Assembly (NCBI GenBank): GCA_964016885.1
Contig: OZ024757.1
Span: forward strand, 39,246,001-39,310,000
From: Eledone cirrhosa
Lineage: Eukaryota
Length of the DNA: 64,000 bases
Direction of reading: 5' to 3'
Shown here: one piece after another, positions 63,555-64,000 of the stretch
Layout of the letters: each line of letters opens with the position of its first letter
How positions within the stretch are numbered: the first letter of the stretch is position 1
Translations under genes and position numbers: made by a program
Notes under the pieces: model-generated
Databases searched by the model: none
What the model saw: the letters and a program-made list of their open reading frames with translations, nothing else
Told to the model about the DNA's origin: nothing

Positions 63555-63591
<37 letters not shown>

Positions 63592-63659
63592 GGGGTAACA
63601 AATAATAGTTATATGCAGTCCACTTAGCAAACCGTGTCACTCTTCTTTCCTGATTTACA

Positions 63660-63695
<36 letters not shown>

Positions 63696-63725
63696 CACGG
63701 GTGTGTATGATTGTGTATAGAAGAT

Positions 63726-63978
63726 TATATTAATAAAATGAATTCCAACTTTGTCTGATTTACTCGTTTTATTTACAATCCTTTAACATTTATAATGGTA
63801 TTAGAATGAAATAGTATGGTAAAATATTAAATGTTAAGTGTTAATTGAACAATGTTCAATTAACATTTAACATTTAATATTTTACCATACTATTTCATTC
63901 TAATACCATTATAAATGTTAAAGGATTGTAAATAAAACGAGTAAATCAGACAATGTTGGAATTCATTTTATTAATATA
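63726..63978. repeat. Near-perfect 253-bp palindrome (126-bp arms, 1-nt centre)
   Basis: Centred on gaaca-a-tgttc at 63852, with about 2 mismatches. Confidence 0.9.
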
Positions 63979-64000
63979 TATATATATATATATATATATA

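Overview
AT-rich, microsatellite-saturated animal DNA. The repeat and SINE complement suggests a coleoid cephalopod such as Octopus (inference). The window lies inside one large + strand gene: five GT-AG exons (17109-17284, 22493-22546, 28974-29141, 45252-45404, 48964-49065) splice in frame into about 218 aa of the amino-terminal domain of a kainate-type ionotropic glutamate receptor. Almost every listed ORF is a translation artefact of (TA)n, (CA)n, (CT)n or (GAA)n repeats. The introns hold tRNA-derived SINEs, RTE-clade and CRE-clade retrotransposon fragments, a three-copy ~600-bp unclassified element and giant (TA)n satellites. Most notable are more than 15 intact or degenerate type I hammerhead ribozyme motifs from several unrelated short element families. 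They abut (TA)n tracts, are often arranged as fold-back inverted repeats, and share a short downstream motif (T-N-GAG-Y-R-C). The picture resembles a dense population of non-autonomous Penelope-like (retrozyme-like) elements. All folds were read by eye and are untested.
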